64,000 nt of DNA from positions 1 to 64,000 of the forward strand of contig JAVJWO010000125.1 of the NCBI GenBank assembly GCA_040222015.1, written 5' to 3'. Source of the stretch: Coleofasciculus chthonoplastes F2-STO-03. Lineage in GTDB: Bacteria; Cyanobacteriota; Cyanobacteriia; Cyanobacteriales; Coleofasciculaceae. The notes under the pieces were generated by a model. That model was not told where the DNA came from and made no database searches. It saw nothing but the letters and a program-made list of their open reading frames with translations. Of the stretch, positions 32,336 to 42,427 are shown in pieces (within the stretch, counting starts at the first letter, position 1; each line of letters starts with the position of its first letter). A program made the translations under genes and the position numbers.

Positions 32336-35300
32336 TTACCACTGAGGGAAATTAATCATTAACTGTTCTGCGGCTTGCCGATTCAATGGCTTAGAGAAAA
32401 AGTATCCCTGACCATATTCACATCGCCGCCCTCTCAGTTGGGCTAACTGCATATTCGTTTCTATCCCTTCTGCCACAACATCCATACCTAAATTGTGCGC
32501 TAACGTTACAATCGCTTGCACAATCTCCCCATTTTCTCCCGCATCCCCCATGCGACTGACAAAGGAACGGTCAATTTTTAAGGCATCAATGGGAAACTGA
32601 TGTAAGCGACTTAACGACGAATATCCGGTGCCAAAATCATCAATGTACAACTGAATATTCAATGCCTTAAGTTGCTCCAATAAAGCCGACGCCGAATCGG
32701 AATGTTCCATAATGCCACTTTCCGTAATTTCTAACTTTATAGTGTTAGGATTGACCTCCGTCTCTTGAATAGTTTGGGCAATTTGCTCAATTAAATTCGC
32801 TTGGGAAAACTGTTTTCCCGACAAATTAACACTCATGGTTAACGGGGGATAGTGGCGAAATTGTCGTTGCCATTGGCGTAGCTGATAGCAGGACGTTCGC
32901 AACACCCACTGACCAATGGGAATAATTAAACCCGTTTCCTCGGCTAACGGAATAAACGCGCCCGGTGAAATCATTCCCTGTTCTGGATGCTGCCAACGCA
33001 CCAGCGCCTCAAACCCGGTAATCTTGCCTGTCGCCAGGGAAATAATCGGTTGATAATACACCTCAAGTTCTTGGCGTTCAATCGCCCATCGCAGTTCGGT
33101 TTCCAAGCGTAACTGAGCAAGGGCGCGACCGGACATGGCGGTATCAAACATGACATAACAAGCGGAGCCTTGAAGCTTTGCCCGATGCATGGCGGTATCG
33201 GCATCTCGGAGCCAATCTTCCGCTCGGTTATACCCCATACCACTCAGGGCAATCCCGATACTGGCTGTGGTAAACACCTCATACCCATCTAAGTTAAATG
33301 AGGATTCCAAAGTTTGGTGAATCGATTTTGCCACATCTGTGGCTGTTCCCGTATTGGGGATATCATCCAGTAGAATTGTAAATTCGTCTCCCCCTAACCG
33401 GGCTAAGGTATCGCTGGGGCGTAAGCACCCTTCTAATCGGTCGGCGATCGCACTCAGGAGTCGATCGCCGACCAAATGACCCAAACTATCATTGATCACC
33501 TTGAAACGGTCTAAATCCAAGACAATCACCGCACATAAATAGTCCCAGCGTTGCCCTGCCCGTCGCAACGCATACTCGAGCCTATCCATGAATAATGCCC
33601 GATTCGGTAATCCGGTCAATACATCGTGGAAAGCATCGTGGAGTAACTGTTCCTCCATGCGTTTGCGATCGCTAATATCCACCACCTGACTAATGTAGTG
33701 CAGGGGTTGACCTTGAGAGTCTCTAACTAACACAACCTTCAAAATAGCATTGACAATTCTGCCAGATTCTGATGTGAAACGCCGTTCAGTTTGCAAATGG
33801 GAGAGTTCTCCCCGCCGCAACGATTGATGTTGGGTATCGTCGAGTGTCCGTTCAGTCGGGTGGATAATTTCTGTCAACGTGAGAGCCAACAGTTCCTGAG
33901 CCGTATACCCCAAGGCGTCACACAATGCCTGATTAACCTTGAGGAATTGACCCTCAAGGGAAGTCATTGCCATGCCAATGGGAGCAAGTTCAAAGGTGAG
34001 GCGAAACTGCTCCTCACTTTTGAGTAAAGCCGCCTCTGCTTGTTTGCGTTTGGTCGTATCGGTAGCAATTCCATCCATACGAATGGCAGTACCCCTGTGA
34101 TCGTAAATTAGGCGGGCGCGATCGCGCAGCCAACGCACTTCGCCATCGGGTCGTACAACCCTATATTCTATATCTTTACTCCCCTGGTGCATCAGCGTTT
34201 GAGATGCTATTTCCACCCGTTGGCGATCATCAGGATGAACGACTAACTGCCAGAGACTGGGACAATCCACAAAGTCGGATACGGGGCGACCATAAACTCG
34301 TTCTGTCGCCGGATTCAGGTAAATAAACTGTTGAGTCTCCAGGGACGCTGACCAGACCACATCGTCTAGAGACCTGAGAATACTCTCCAGCTTTTCCTCA
34401 CTCTGTCGCAGGGCGTACTCTGCTTGCTTCCGTTTAGTAATATCGGTTTGAATCCCGACAAAGTGGGTTAAATAGCCGTCTCCATCAAAGACGGGCGACA
34501 CATAGAGTTCATTCCAGAACGTGCTGCCATCTTTGCGATAGTTCTGTAAGATAACATGGCATTCTCGTTGCTCTTGAATCGCTGTCGCTAACTTATTCAC
34601 CCCGGCTTGATGATAATCAGGTTCTTGCCAGAAACGGCAGTTGTGTCCAATCACCTCCTTTTTGGTATAACCGGTCATTGACTCGAAGGCGGGGTTGACG
34701 TAAATTACCGGATTATCCGGCTGATTGGGGTCTGTAATAATTACTCCATTATTACTCGCCGCGATCGCTCGTTGCATCAGATAGAGATTCGCCTCTGACT
34801 GCTGATGTCCAATCGCCAAGGCTAAAACATTGGCAACCGCTTGGAGAAAGTGAATGTCATCTTCACTAAAACGGCGCTGGCTGGTGGTATGCGCCCCTAA
34901 AACCCCAAAGGGTTGCTCCTGACCCGGAATCACGACACTCACACCACTAACAACGCGATGATTGAAAAGTAGAGGGGGTCCACTAAAGCGAGTTTCAACC
35001 CGTAGATCCTCAACCACGACAGGTTCTTTAGACACCAGAGTATAACCCGCTTGGGAATTCCGGTTGGCACCAACCAAGGCATACCCAACCAATCCCGGCG
35101 ACCAACCCACACCCGCTTTGAGTAAAAACACATTACCATTGGGTAGGAGTTCTAACACTTTGCAATACTCAACCTCTAAGGTTTGAGCAATCGTACTCAC
35201 CGCTTCGTCCATCAGGGTATTTAAATCCAGCCCCGAAAGCGCCCGTTGGCTCAATTTAGCCAAGGTTGCTTGCTGACGCGCTCGTACTCTCAGTTCTCGG

Positions 35301-36556
35301 TTTGGCTGTTCTGGATGGGTAACCTCTCGAATCACCAGTTGGGTTGCCCCTTGACCTTGATAAATAGCGGGTAAACGGGCAATTTCCACATCAATGATCT
35401 GACCATCTAACTTTACCAGTTGTTCGGGAACGAATTTTGTGGGTAATGTTAGGGTGTTAGGTGGATTCGACCTTCGTTTCTGATCAGAGAATTTCTCTAT
35501 ATGTTCAGAACCAACAACTTGGTGATCTCTCCTATTTCTCTGATTTCCCTGATCCTTAGCGCTAAACTCTGACCAAGGTTTACCGATAAGTTGGTTTTGA
35601 CTAATGGCTCCCAGTAGTTTGACCCCTTTAGGATTGATATAAACCAGGGTTCCCTGGCTTAAGAGCGCGATCGCGTCGGGAGACTGTTCAACCAACGTCC
35701 GATAGCAAGCTTCACTGTCTTTGAAAACGGCTTCTGTTTGCTGATATTGGGTAATTTGCTGATAGGTATCGCTGATATCATGGAATACACTCAAAATTGT
35801 TTTTTCCTGATTTAAGGTCAACACCTGCATTGATACCGTTACCCACAAGGGCGTGCCATTAATTTTATGGACACGAACTTGATCATTCTGGACAACACCC
35901 TTTTGGTCTAATGTGGCTAACAGTCTTTGCCAGTCGGCAGGATTTTCATAAAAATCGGGCATTGAGTTGCCGACTAACTCTGAGGTAGCGACACCAAACA
36001 TTACCTTAGCGTGGGAATTCCCGTAGACAATCGTGCCATCAGAGACTCGTGCGATCGCGACAGGTACAGGAAGGGCTTGAGTAATTGCCCGAAATTGTGC
36101 TTCTTGCTGTTGCAGTTCGGCTTTAGTGTGTAGACAGTCTGCTATCGCTTGCTTCAGTTCATCCGACTGGGCGATCGCACCGACTTGAGCATACTGTTTG
36201 CAGGTATAATACTCTTCCGAGTTAGGGTATGAAGGGGACAAAATGTCTAGCTTCTTGACCTTGGCAACAAACGGTAACCATTGCCATAAGCCGATAACCA
36301 ACAGTCCAAATCCCACCAGATATACCAGCGTCATTAGAATCAGCGTATCGATTGGATTCGGGTTTCGGGTGGTCAAACCAATAGTACGGTTAACTAAATC
36401 CATAAACCCATCCAGACAAATTAAAGCGTAACCCGCCAGCATATAGAACCAGCCCGGTTGTCGTTCAATCTGTGATTTTGAGCCGATCCACCACAAATAA
36501 CCAAGAATAGGCATCATTAGGGACACCCTGAGGCTCCCGATTACAATTTCCCTCAT
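32336..36556 (-). CDS. membrane PAS/GAF-GGDEF-EAL c-di-GMP signalling protein
   Basis: Several PAS domains (one LOV-like, GHNCRFWQ), GAF, ARLGGDEF, FEALVRW, DDFGTGYSSL. Confidence 0.95.
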   Translation of the reverse strand: MREIVIGSLRVSLMMPILGYLWWIGSKSQIERQPGWFYMLAGYALICLDGFMDLVNRTIGLTTRNPNPIDTLILMTLVYLVGFGLLVIGLWQWLPFVAKVKKLDILSPSYPNSEEYYTCKQYAQVGAIAQSDELKQAIADCLHTKAELQQQEAQFRAITQALPVPVAIARVSDGTIVYGNSHAKVMFGVATSELVGNSMPDFYENPADWQRLLATLDQKGVVQNDQVRVHKINGTPLWVTVSMQVLTLNQEKTILSVFHDISDTYQQITQYQQTEAVFKDSEACYRTLVEQSPDAIALLSQGTLVYINPKGVKLLGAISQNQLIGKPWSEFSAKDQGNQRNRRDHQVVGSEHIEKFSDQKRRSNPPNTLTLPTKFVPEQLVKLDGQIIDVEIARLPAIYQGQGATQLVIREVTHPEQPNRELRVRARQQATLAKLSQRALSGLDLNTLMDEAVSTIAQTLEVEYCKVLELLPNGNVFLLKAGVGWSPGLVGYALVGANRNSQAGYTLVSKEPVVVEDLRVETRFSGPPLLFNHRVVSGVSVVIPGQEQPFGVLGAHTTSQRRFSEDDIHFLQAVANVLALAIGHQQSEANLYLMQRAIAASNNGVIITDPNQPDNPVIYVNPAFESMTGYTKKEVIGHNCRFWQEPDYHQAGVNKLATAIQEQRECHVILQNYRKDGSTFWNELYVSPVFDGDGYLTHFVGIQTDITKRKQAEYALRQSEEKLESILRSLDDVVWSASLETQQFIYLNPATERVYGRPVSDFVDCPSLWQLVVHPDDRQRVEIASQTLMHQGSKDIEYRVVRPDGEVRWLRDRARLIYDHRGTAIRMDGIATDTTKRKQAEAALLKSEEQFRLTFELAPIGMAMTSLEGQFLKVNQALCDALGYTAQELLALTLTEIIHPTERTLDDTQHQSLRRGELSHLQTERRFTSESGRIVNAILKVVLVRDSQGQPLHYISQVVDISDRKRMEEQLLHDAFHDVLTGLPNRALFMDRLEYALRRAGQRWDYLCAVIVLDLDRFKVINDSLGHLVGDRLLSAIADRLEGCLRPSDTLARLGGDEFTILLDDIPNTGTATDVAKSIHQTLESSFNLDGYEVFTTASIGIALSGMGYNRAEDWLRDADTAMHRAKLQGSACYVMFDTAMSGRALAQLRLETELRWAIERQELEVYYQPIISLATGKITGFEALVRWQHPEQGMISPGAFIPLAEETGLIIPIGQWVLRTSCYQLRQWQRQFRHYPPLTMSVNLSGKQFSQANLIEQIAQTIQETEVNPNTIKLEITESGIMEHSDSASALLEQLKALNIQLYIDDFGTGYSSLSRLHQFPIDALKIDRSFVSRMGDAGENGEIVQAIVTLAHNLGMDVVAEGIETNMQLAQLRGRRCEYGQGYFFSKPLNRQAAEQLMINFPQW

Positions 36557-36998
36557 AATTCATTTAGGGCAAGCGTGAGTCATCAACAAAAGGAACAGTC
36601 TATTTTGGAAGATCCAAAGGTTTGTCAGATGTTTTCTTAAAAACGAAATAACACCAAACATTCACCTTAACTGGCTAAGAGTAGAACTCCCTGGTGTCAG
36701 ATTAAGTTTAGTCCGATGCATCTGCCCTGATATTTCTTCGCCAGAGTGGTATATTCAGTAATTTTTCAGCAACATCTGCTTATTGACACCAACTTGGGGA
36801 TAAAAAGGAACAGTAGATTGGTTACGACAAGTACGTCGCCATCTGTTTGTATCTTAGAACACTAACTTCGTCTTAGCCGTTGACAAAATCGTCATACTAT
36901 GCATTGAAAAAGCGAGTATTCTAGTCTGATTTTCCCAATCCAGTACCAGCGCCCATAGGATGACTTGACTGACTCTAGCCCTGTAGTCTCTTGTCCCT

Positions 36999-37874
36999 TC
37001 AAAGACGCTCAGCCAATCTCAACTTGGCAGAACGAGCGCGGGGGTTTTCATCCCGTTCCGTGGGTTGTGGAGTTATGGGTTTTTTGGTAAGCACCCGCAA
37101 TATTGGTGAATCCCGCAAGTGGTGTTTAACCAGACGGTCTTCCAAGCTGTGAAAACTAATAATACCAATTCTGCCGCCTGGTTTTAACCATCTAGGCGCA
37201 CAATTGAGAAATTTTTCTAGGGAGGATAATTCTTGATTAACGGCAATGCGGATCGCCTGAAAGGTTCGAGTGGCGGGGTGAATCCGACCATAGCGGTATT
37301 TTTTGGGAACCGATCGCGCGATCACCTCGGCTAATTGGGTGGTGGTTTCAAAGGGGCGGCGTTCCACAATTGCCCGGGCAATCCGTCGGGATAAGCGTTC
37401 CTCACCATACTCATAAATAATGTTTGCCAGTTGGGTTTCATCCCAGTGATTAACAATCTGGGCGGCGGTTAAGGATTGGCGTTGATCCATCCGCATATCT
37501 AGAGAGGCTTGATGGCGAAAACTAAAGCCGCGATCGGGAATATCCAGTTGGGCGGAACTAACGCCTAAATCGGCAATAATGCCATCAAATAACGAGTCCG
37601 GCGGTTGATAGTCCACAAAATTCCCCTGCCAAAATTGGATGCGATCGCGATCGGGGGCTAACCGGGCTTCTGCTGCTGCGATCGCGTGAGCATCTTGGTC
37701 AATAGCGGTGACACGGACATCCGGGTTAGCCGATAGAATTAACTCACTATGTCCACCGCCACCCACCGTCGCGTCCAAATAATGCCCACCTGGACGAATC
37801 GTTAATCCGGCGATTAACTCCTGACTTAGTACTGAACGATGAAAAAACTGCGTCGCTGGTGCGTCAAACTCCAT
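36999..37874 (-). CDS. rsmH: 16S rRNA C1402 N4-methyltransferase
   Basis: [53 protein letters not shown]. Confidence 0.96.
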   Translation of the reverse strand: MEFDAPATQFFHRSVLSQELIAGLTIRPGGHYLDATVGGGGHSELILSANPDVRVTAIDQDAHAIAAAEARLAPDRDRIQFWQGNFVDYQPPDSLFDGIIADLGVSSAQLDIPDRGFSFRHQASLDMRMDQRQSLTAAQIVNHWDETQLANIIYEYGEERLSRRIARAIVERRPFETTTQLAEVIARSVPKKYRYGRIHPATRTFQAIRIAVNQELSSLEKFLNCAPRWLKPGGRIGIISFHSLEDRLVKHHLRDSPILRVLTKKPITPQPTERDENPRARSAKLRLAERL

Positions 37875-37936
37875 ATAATTAAATAAATGCAATAAAAGTA
37901 AACATAAGCGAAGCAATCAGCGATGAGCAATAAAGG

Positions 37937-38192
37937 CTGTCAATTAAGCTATACCCATTACACAAGCTCACATCTTATCTAGCCAAAAACCACAGCATGA
38001 TAGGAATAGAAAATCTTAATGTGTTAGGCATGATGGCTAATCACCAGTCATCGTTTAAGAAGCGAGCAAGCCGCCAGTTAGGTGGGGGAGAGCCTGTGGA
38101 CTGGGAAGGTGCCGACACCGCCAGAATGAAACAGGAAGTAAGCACCAGATATGTCCACAAGTGGGCAGATTTGGGTATGTCTTATGTAACGG
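37937..38192 (+). mobile_element. miniature IS607-like element with tnpB scraps and right-end reRNA region
   Basis: GG at both junctions; LHKLTSYLAKNHSMIGIENLNVLGMMANH TnpB peptide; GCCTGTGGACTGG..GTGCCGACAC..CAGGAAG..TATGTAACGG right end. Confidence 0.7.
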
Positions 38193-38210
38193 AAACCAAA
38201 ATACATCACT

Positions 38211-39395
38211 ATGGCACAAATCGAAACTAGAACCGACCCAATGGTTCTCAACTTGGGTCCTCATCATCCGTCCATGCACGGCGTTCTCCGCTTAATCGTC
38301 ACTTTAGACGGGGAGGATGTGATCGATTGCGAACCGGTTATCGGCTACCTGCATCGCGGTATGGAGAAAATAGCCGAGAACCGCACCAATATTATGTATG
38401 TCCCTTATGTGAGTCGGTGGGACTATGCAGCGGGAATGTTTAACGAAGCGATCACCGTTAACGCCCCAGAAAAGTTAGCGGATATTGAGGTACCTAAACG
38501 CGCCAGCTATATCCGCGTGATTATGCTGGAGTTGAATCGCATCGCCAATCACCTGCTGTGGTTAGGACCATTTCTGGCTGATGTGGGGGCGCAAACTCCT
38601 TTCTTCTACATCTTCCGGGAACGGGAATTAATTTACGACTTGTGGGAAGCCGCCAGCGGACAACGGCTGATTAATAATAATTACTTCCGTATTGGTGGAG
38701 TAGCGGTTGATATTCCTTATGGATGGGTTGACAAATGTGAAGACTTTTGCGATTATTTCGCCCCCAAAGTCGATGAATACGAACGCCTAATTACCAACAA
38801 CCCCATTTTCCGCCGTCGTGTTGAAGGGGTGGGTACGATTACCCGTGACGAAGCAATTAACTGGGGACTTTCAGGTCCGATGTTACGGGGTTCAGGCGTG
38901 AAGTGGGACTTGCGGAAAGTTGACCACTATGAATGTTACGACGACTTTGATTGGGACATCCATTGGGAAACCGCTGGGGATTGTCTCGCCCGGTATTTAG
39001 TTCGGATTCGGGAAATGCGGGAATCCCTGAAAATTATTCGTCAGGCATTAAAAGGATTGCCCGGTGGTCCTTACGAAAATCTGGAAGCCAAACGTATGGC
39101 TGAAGGAAAGAAATCCCAGTGGAATGATTTTGATTATCAGTATAGTGGTAAGAAAATTCCGCCAACCTTTAAGATTCCTCAGGGTGAACACTATGTTCGC
39201 TTGGAAAGTGGCAAGGGAGAATTGGGAATTTTCATTATCGGGGATGATAATATCTTTCCTTGGCGTTGGAAGATTCGTCCACCGGATTTCAATAATTTGC
39301 AAATTGTGCCCCAGATTTTGCGGGGAGTCAAGGTAGCAGATATTATGGCGATTCTCGGTAGTGTTGACGTAATCATGGGTTCAGTAGACCGCTGA
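38211..39395 (+). CDS. ndhH: NAD(P)H-quinone oxidoreductase subunit H
   Basis: [23 protein letters not shown]-terminal DVIMGSVDR. Confidence 0.98.
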   Translation: MAQIETRTDPMVLNLGPHHPSMHGVLRLIVTLDGEDVIDCEPVIGYLHRGMEKIAENRTNIMYVPYVSRWDYAAGMFNEAITVNAPEKLADIEVPKRASYIRVIMLELNRIANHLLWLGPFLADVGAQTPFFYIFRERELIYDLWEAASGQRLINNNYFRIGGVAVDIPYGWVDKCEDFCDYFAPKVDEYERLITNNPIFRRRVEGVGTITRDEAINWGLSGPMLRGSGVKWDLRKVDHYECYDDFDWDIHWETAGDCLARYLVRIREMRESLKIIRQALKGLPGGPYENLEAKRMAEGKKSQWNDFDYQYSGKKIPPTFKIPQGEHYVRLESGKGELGIFIIGDDNIFPWRWKIRPPDFNNLQIVPQILRGVKVADIMAILGSVDVIMGSVDR

Positions 39396-39492
39396 TTCGT
39401 TATAGTCATTTGTCTTATGTCATTTGTCCTTTGTAAGGGTTTGAGGCTTGTTGTTTTCTTTTGTCTGACTACTTAGGACTTTCGGCACCATT

Positions 39493-39520
39493 GTAGAGAC
39501 GCGCCATGGCGCGTCTCTAC
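39493..39520. repeat. GTAGAGACG(C/T)GCCATGGCGCGTCTCTAC palindrome family
   Basis: Perfect palindrome here; variants at about 5882, 18355 and 30715. Confidence 0.85.
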
Positions 39521-39630
39521 AATGATGTGTCTTAACCGCTATGGCGATTGCTAGATAATGGTGTTGTTGAGGCGATCAGTTGATGCTATAGTATTTTTGA
39601 GAAACATCAAGTTAACAATGGAGATGATAA

Positions 39631-40242
39631 ATGCCTTTCACTGGTTATCAAAACCTGGCAATGGTTATCAAAGCTTTTGAGTTAACTTACAAAGAAAACA
39701 ATTTTATTGTACAATCTGAATTTATAGTAAACGATTACTTCAAGCAAAGGCTTGAAATCCTTTTAACAGAAGGCGTGGTTGATAATTCAGAAGCAGCGAT
39801 TTGCGAAAACTTAATCGCACCAATTTTAACCGAAGTTTGGTTAGAGTATAAGGAAAAGTGGTTGCTTTGGAGTCATCACAGTTTGATTTATAATGAAGAT
39901 TTATCAGGAGTACCCGATTATCTTTTAGCTCATAAATCTCCTCTCGGTAAGATAGTATTTGAACAGCCTTTTTTTGTGGCTATAGAGGCAAAAAAAGATG
40001 ATTTTACCGCTGGTTGGGGACAATGCGGGGCGGAAATGGTAGCTTGCCAAAAAATTAATGGAATTGAAGGGCAGACGATTTTTGGGATAGTATCCAACGG
40101 CAAAATATGGGAATTTGGCAAATTGAGCGATCGGTTATTTACAAAAAATATTAAATCTTACACAATTTACGAATTAGAGCAATTATTTAAAGCCGTTAAT
40201 TACGTTTTTGAGCAATGTCAATTACAAGTGATTGACCCGTAA
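39631..40242 (+). CDS. PD-(D/E)XK-like hypothetical protein
   Basis: GVPDY...IEAKKDDF..GWGQC.AEM..GIVSNG.IWEFG. Confidence 0.7.
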   Translation: MPFTGYQNLAMVIKAFELTYKENNFIVQSEFIVNDYFKQRLEILLTEGVVDNSEAAICENLIAPILTEVWLEYKEKWLLWSHHSLIYNEDLSGVPDYLLAHKSPLGKIVFEQPFFVAIEAKKDDFTAGWGQCGAEMVACQKINGIEGQTIFGIVSNGKIWEFGKLSDRLFTKNIKSYTIYELEQLFKAVNYVFEQCQLQVIDP

Positions 40243-40687
40243 TAAAAAGACAGCGACAGATGATCAGGGCGGGTTTTGAATTGACGTTATTATCAATAGC
40301 GAAACAGAATTCCCTAAACCCGCCCCTACAGACGCGATGCACGAAACGTCTTTAACCGTAAAATCTATTGTTTCTAATGCAGCCACTCCTAATGCTTGTA
40401 TGAAAGCATTTTTGAATAAATCATTCATTATATTATTATGATTTTTGAATTAGGCAATTTTATTATAACTGAGATAACATAGCATTGGCAATAATCCTAA
40501 GTGACCGGAAGGTGAGCCGTCAACCTTATTACCAAATTGGAGCCAGCTTTTATGCGATCGCTAAACCTTGTTTGGTATAGTTTTATACATTTAATCCCGT
40601 AGCTCCGAGTCGAGTGATAGAGGCGGGTTAGACTTGATATAGAAAGCCTAAACACTTTTCGTTTCTGTGATAAAGAAGGTTATAAAA

Positions 40688-41323
40688 ATGGATGAAGTTG
40701 TCAAAAAAATTGCCGCGTTGGGATTACCTGGGGTGATTCTGGTGGTAACAATGGCGGCGACAGGATTGACGGGGGCGGCGGCGATTACGGCGGCTTTAGC
40801 ATTGCTGGGGGGTCCGGCGGGAATGTTAGGCGGAATTGCGGTTTTGGGATTGACGGGATTGATTACGGATGCGTTAGCTGAGGTGGGGCTTGAGGATTTA
40901 CTCACGGCGATTTATTGTCAGCGGCGTCAGCGTGAACCTCATGGGAGGTTGATTGAGGAGATTGAAGCGCTGTCACTCTTTGATGGGGATATTAAGGATA
41001 GGTTAAAAGCGACAATAACGGATGGGTGTGGTTGTGATACTGTGGTGGATGCTTACTTAACCGATGTGACTCAAGACGCGATCGCAATTTTAGAACGGGT
41101 TCCAGGTATGACTCCTGCACATCACCGGGATTTTAAGCAATCTCATCCGATTATTCGACTCAGGGATGGTGCAGCGTTGAGAACATGGAAAAATCCCTTG
41201 GGTGTTGACCATGTTTTTGTGGCGGATAGTCATGACAGAATGGTGTACGGGGGCTATGTAGGCTGGATTCACAGTGAAGGGTTGAATTCTGCGATCGCGC
41301 AAATTAGACGAGAGTTGACTTAA
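40688..41323 (+). CDS. glycine-zipper membrane protein fused to an unknown C-terminal domain
   Basis: GAAAITAALALLGGPAGMLGG hydrophobic hairpin; start 40688 or 40667. Confidence 0.65.
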   Translation: MDEVVKKIAALGLPGVILVVTMAATGLTGAAAITAALALLGGPAGMLGGIAVLGLTGLITDALAEVGLEDLLTAIYCQRRQREPHGRLIEEIEALSLFDGDIKDRLKATITDGCGCDTVVDAYLTDVTQDAIAILERVPGMTPAHHRDFKQSHPIIRLRDGAALRTWKNPLGVDHVFVADSHDRMVYGGYVGWIHSEGLNSAIAQIRRELT

Positions 41324-41382
41324 CCTTTATTTTTATCATCTTTTATCTCAAGTGAATTGAGGTAGATGCTGAAACATTTGCA

Positions 41383-41420
41383 GAGATTCTTCACTCCGCT
41401 TCGCTACGTTCAGAATGACA
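41383..41420. repeat. TGTCA-family palindromic repeat, copy A
   Basis: GAGATTCTTCACTCCGCTTCGCTACGTTCAGAATGACA. Confidence 0.8.
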
Positions 41421-41424
41421 CTAA

Positions 41425-41520
41425 TACAGCGCTTTCCTCTGCTATGAGGTACAACATCAATCTAGCAGTTTGAGGGATAGCGGGCTAATACTGTACTCCA
41501 TAAGAGCGCGAAGCGCTGTA
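41425..41520. repeat. TACAGCGCTT...AAGCGCTGTA MITE
   Basis: Perfect 10-bp terminal inverted repeats; similar left end at about 27305. Confidence 0.7.
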
Positions 41521-41534
41521 TATTGATATAACAA

Positions 41535-41587
41535 TGTCATGCTGAGTGGAGTCCGTAGCGAAGCGAAGGAACGGAACGAAGCATCTC
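41535..41587. repeat. TGTCA-family palindromic repeat, copy B (inverted, with nested insert)
   Basis: TGTCATGCTGAGTGGAG...CGGAACGAAGCATCTC matches the reverse complement of copy C. Confidence 0.8.
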
Positions 41588-41650
41588 ATTACTCAGTTCA
41601 AGAGGGAGAGTTTTCACGTCGCCCAAAATTTACTAACTCAATAAAACAAG

Positions 41651-41941
41651 GTGAATACTTATTACGTCTACATAATGACGAATCGTTCAAAGACGCTTTA
41701 TACTGGCGTAACGAATGACCTATATCGTCGCGTATACGAACATAAACAAAAGTTGATTCCTGGATTTACTCAAAAATATAATATTAATCGACTCGTTTAT
41801 TATCAGGAAACCTCAGATGTGAGGGAAGCAATCACCCGTGAAAAGCAGATTAAAGGGTGGTTACGTGCTAAAAAGATTGCTTTGATTGAATCGATCAATC
41901 CTCAATGGCGTGATTTGAGTGCAGATTGGTTTGAGACGTAG
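41651..41941 (+). CDS. small stand-alone GIY-YIG nuclease
   Basis: YVYIM..LYTGVTNDL.RR..EH, REKQIKGW.R.KK. Confidence 0.92.
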   Translation: MNTYYVYIMTNRSKTLYTGVTNDLYRRVYEHKQKLIPGFTQKYNINRLVYYQETSDVREAITREKQIKGWLRAKKIALIESINPQWRDLSADWFET

Positions 41942-42093
41942 AGAACATGAGGGTGATCAGTGATGTATTTTGCCAGAAAGTCTTCATTGTGCGATCGCTC
42001 CCCCAAGAATGACACGATTCGACTTAAAATAGGTTAGGCTTTGCTATTCACTTCCTTTGGGGGTAAGCTCGGATGGGACGCGACACATTTGTA

Positions 42094-42192
42094 GAGATTC
42101 TTCGTTCCGCTTCGCTCCACTCAGAATGACAGTATTGGATTCTACTCAGAATGACAGTATTGGATTCCACTCAGAATGACAGTATTGGATTC
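42094..42192. repeat. TGTCA-family repeat copy C plus three tandem 25-bp units from its end
   Basis: GAGATTCTTCGTTCCGCTTCGCTCCACTCAGAATGACA; (C/T)ACTCAGAATGACAGTATTGGATTC at 42118, 42143 and 42168. Confidence 0.85.
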
Positions 42193-42427
42193 AGGGATGA
42201 AAAGCTGGAATCCTAATGGATATAATTATAGGATCATAGTATAGCGATCTGCTTTGAGTCGTGAGTTAAGACAATCCAGACTAAACGCGATCGCAACTTC
42301 CATAAGTTACATAGCCCTGACTTCACCCAGATTCGTTCGTTCGTAGTCGGCACGAAGCGTGCCATCAAGTCAGGGCTATAACTTTTCAGCTTGATACAAA
42401 ACCGCTTTAATCAACAGGGGTACGAAT

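Noticed and set aside
37997..38279. ORFs 37997-38230 and 38055-38279 as real genes
   Set aside because: They overlie the degenerate tnpB mini-element
42118..42192. 25-bp repeats as a mini CRISPR array
   Set aside because: Head-to-tail with no spacers; derived from the end of the adjacent palindrome
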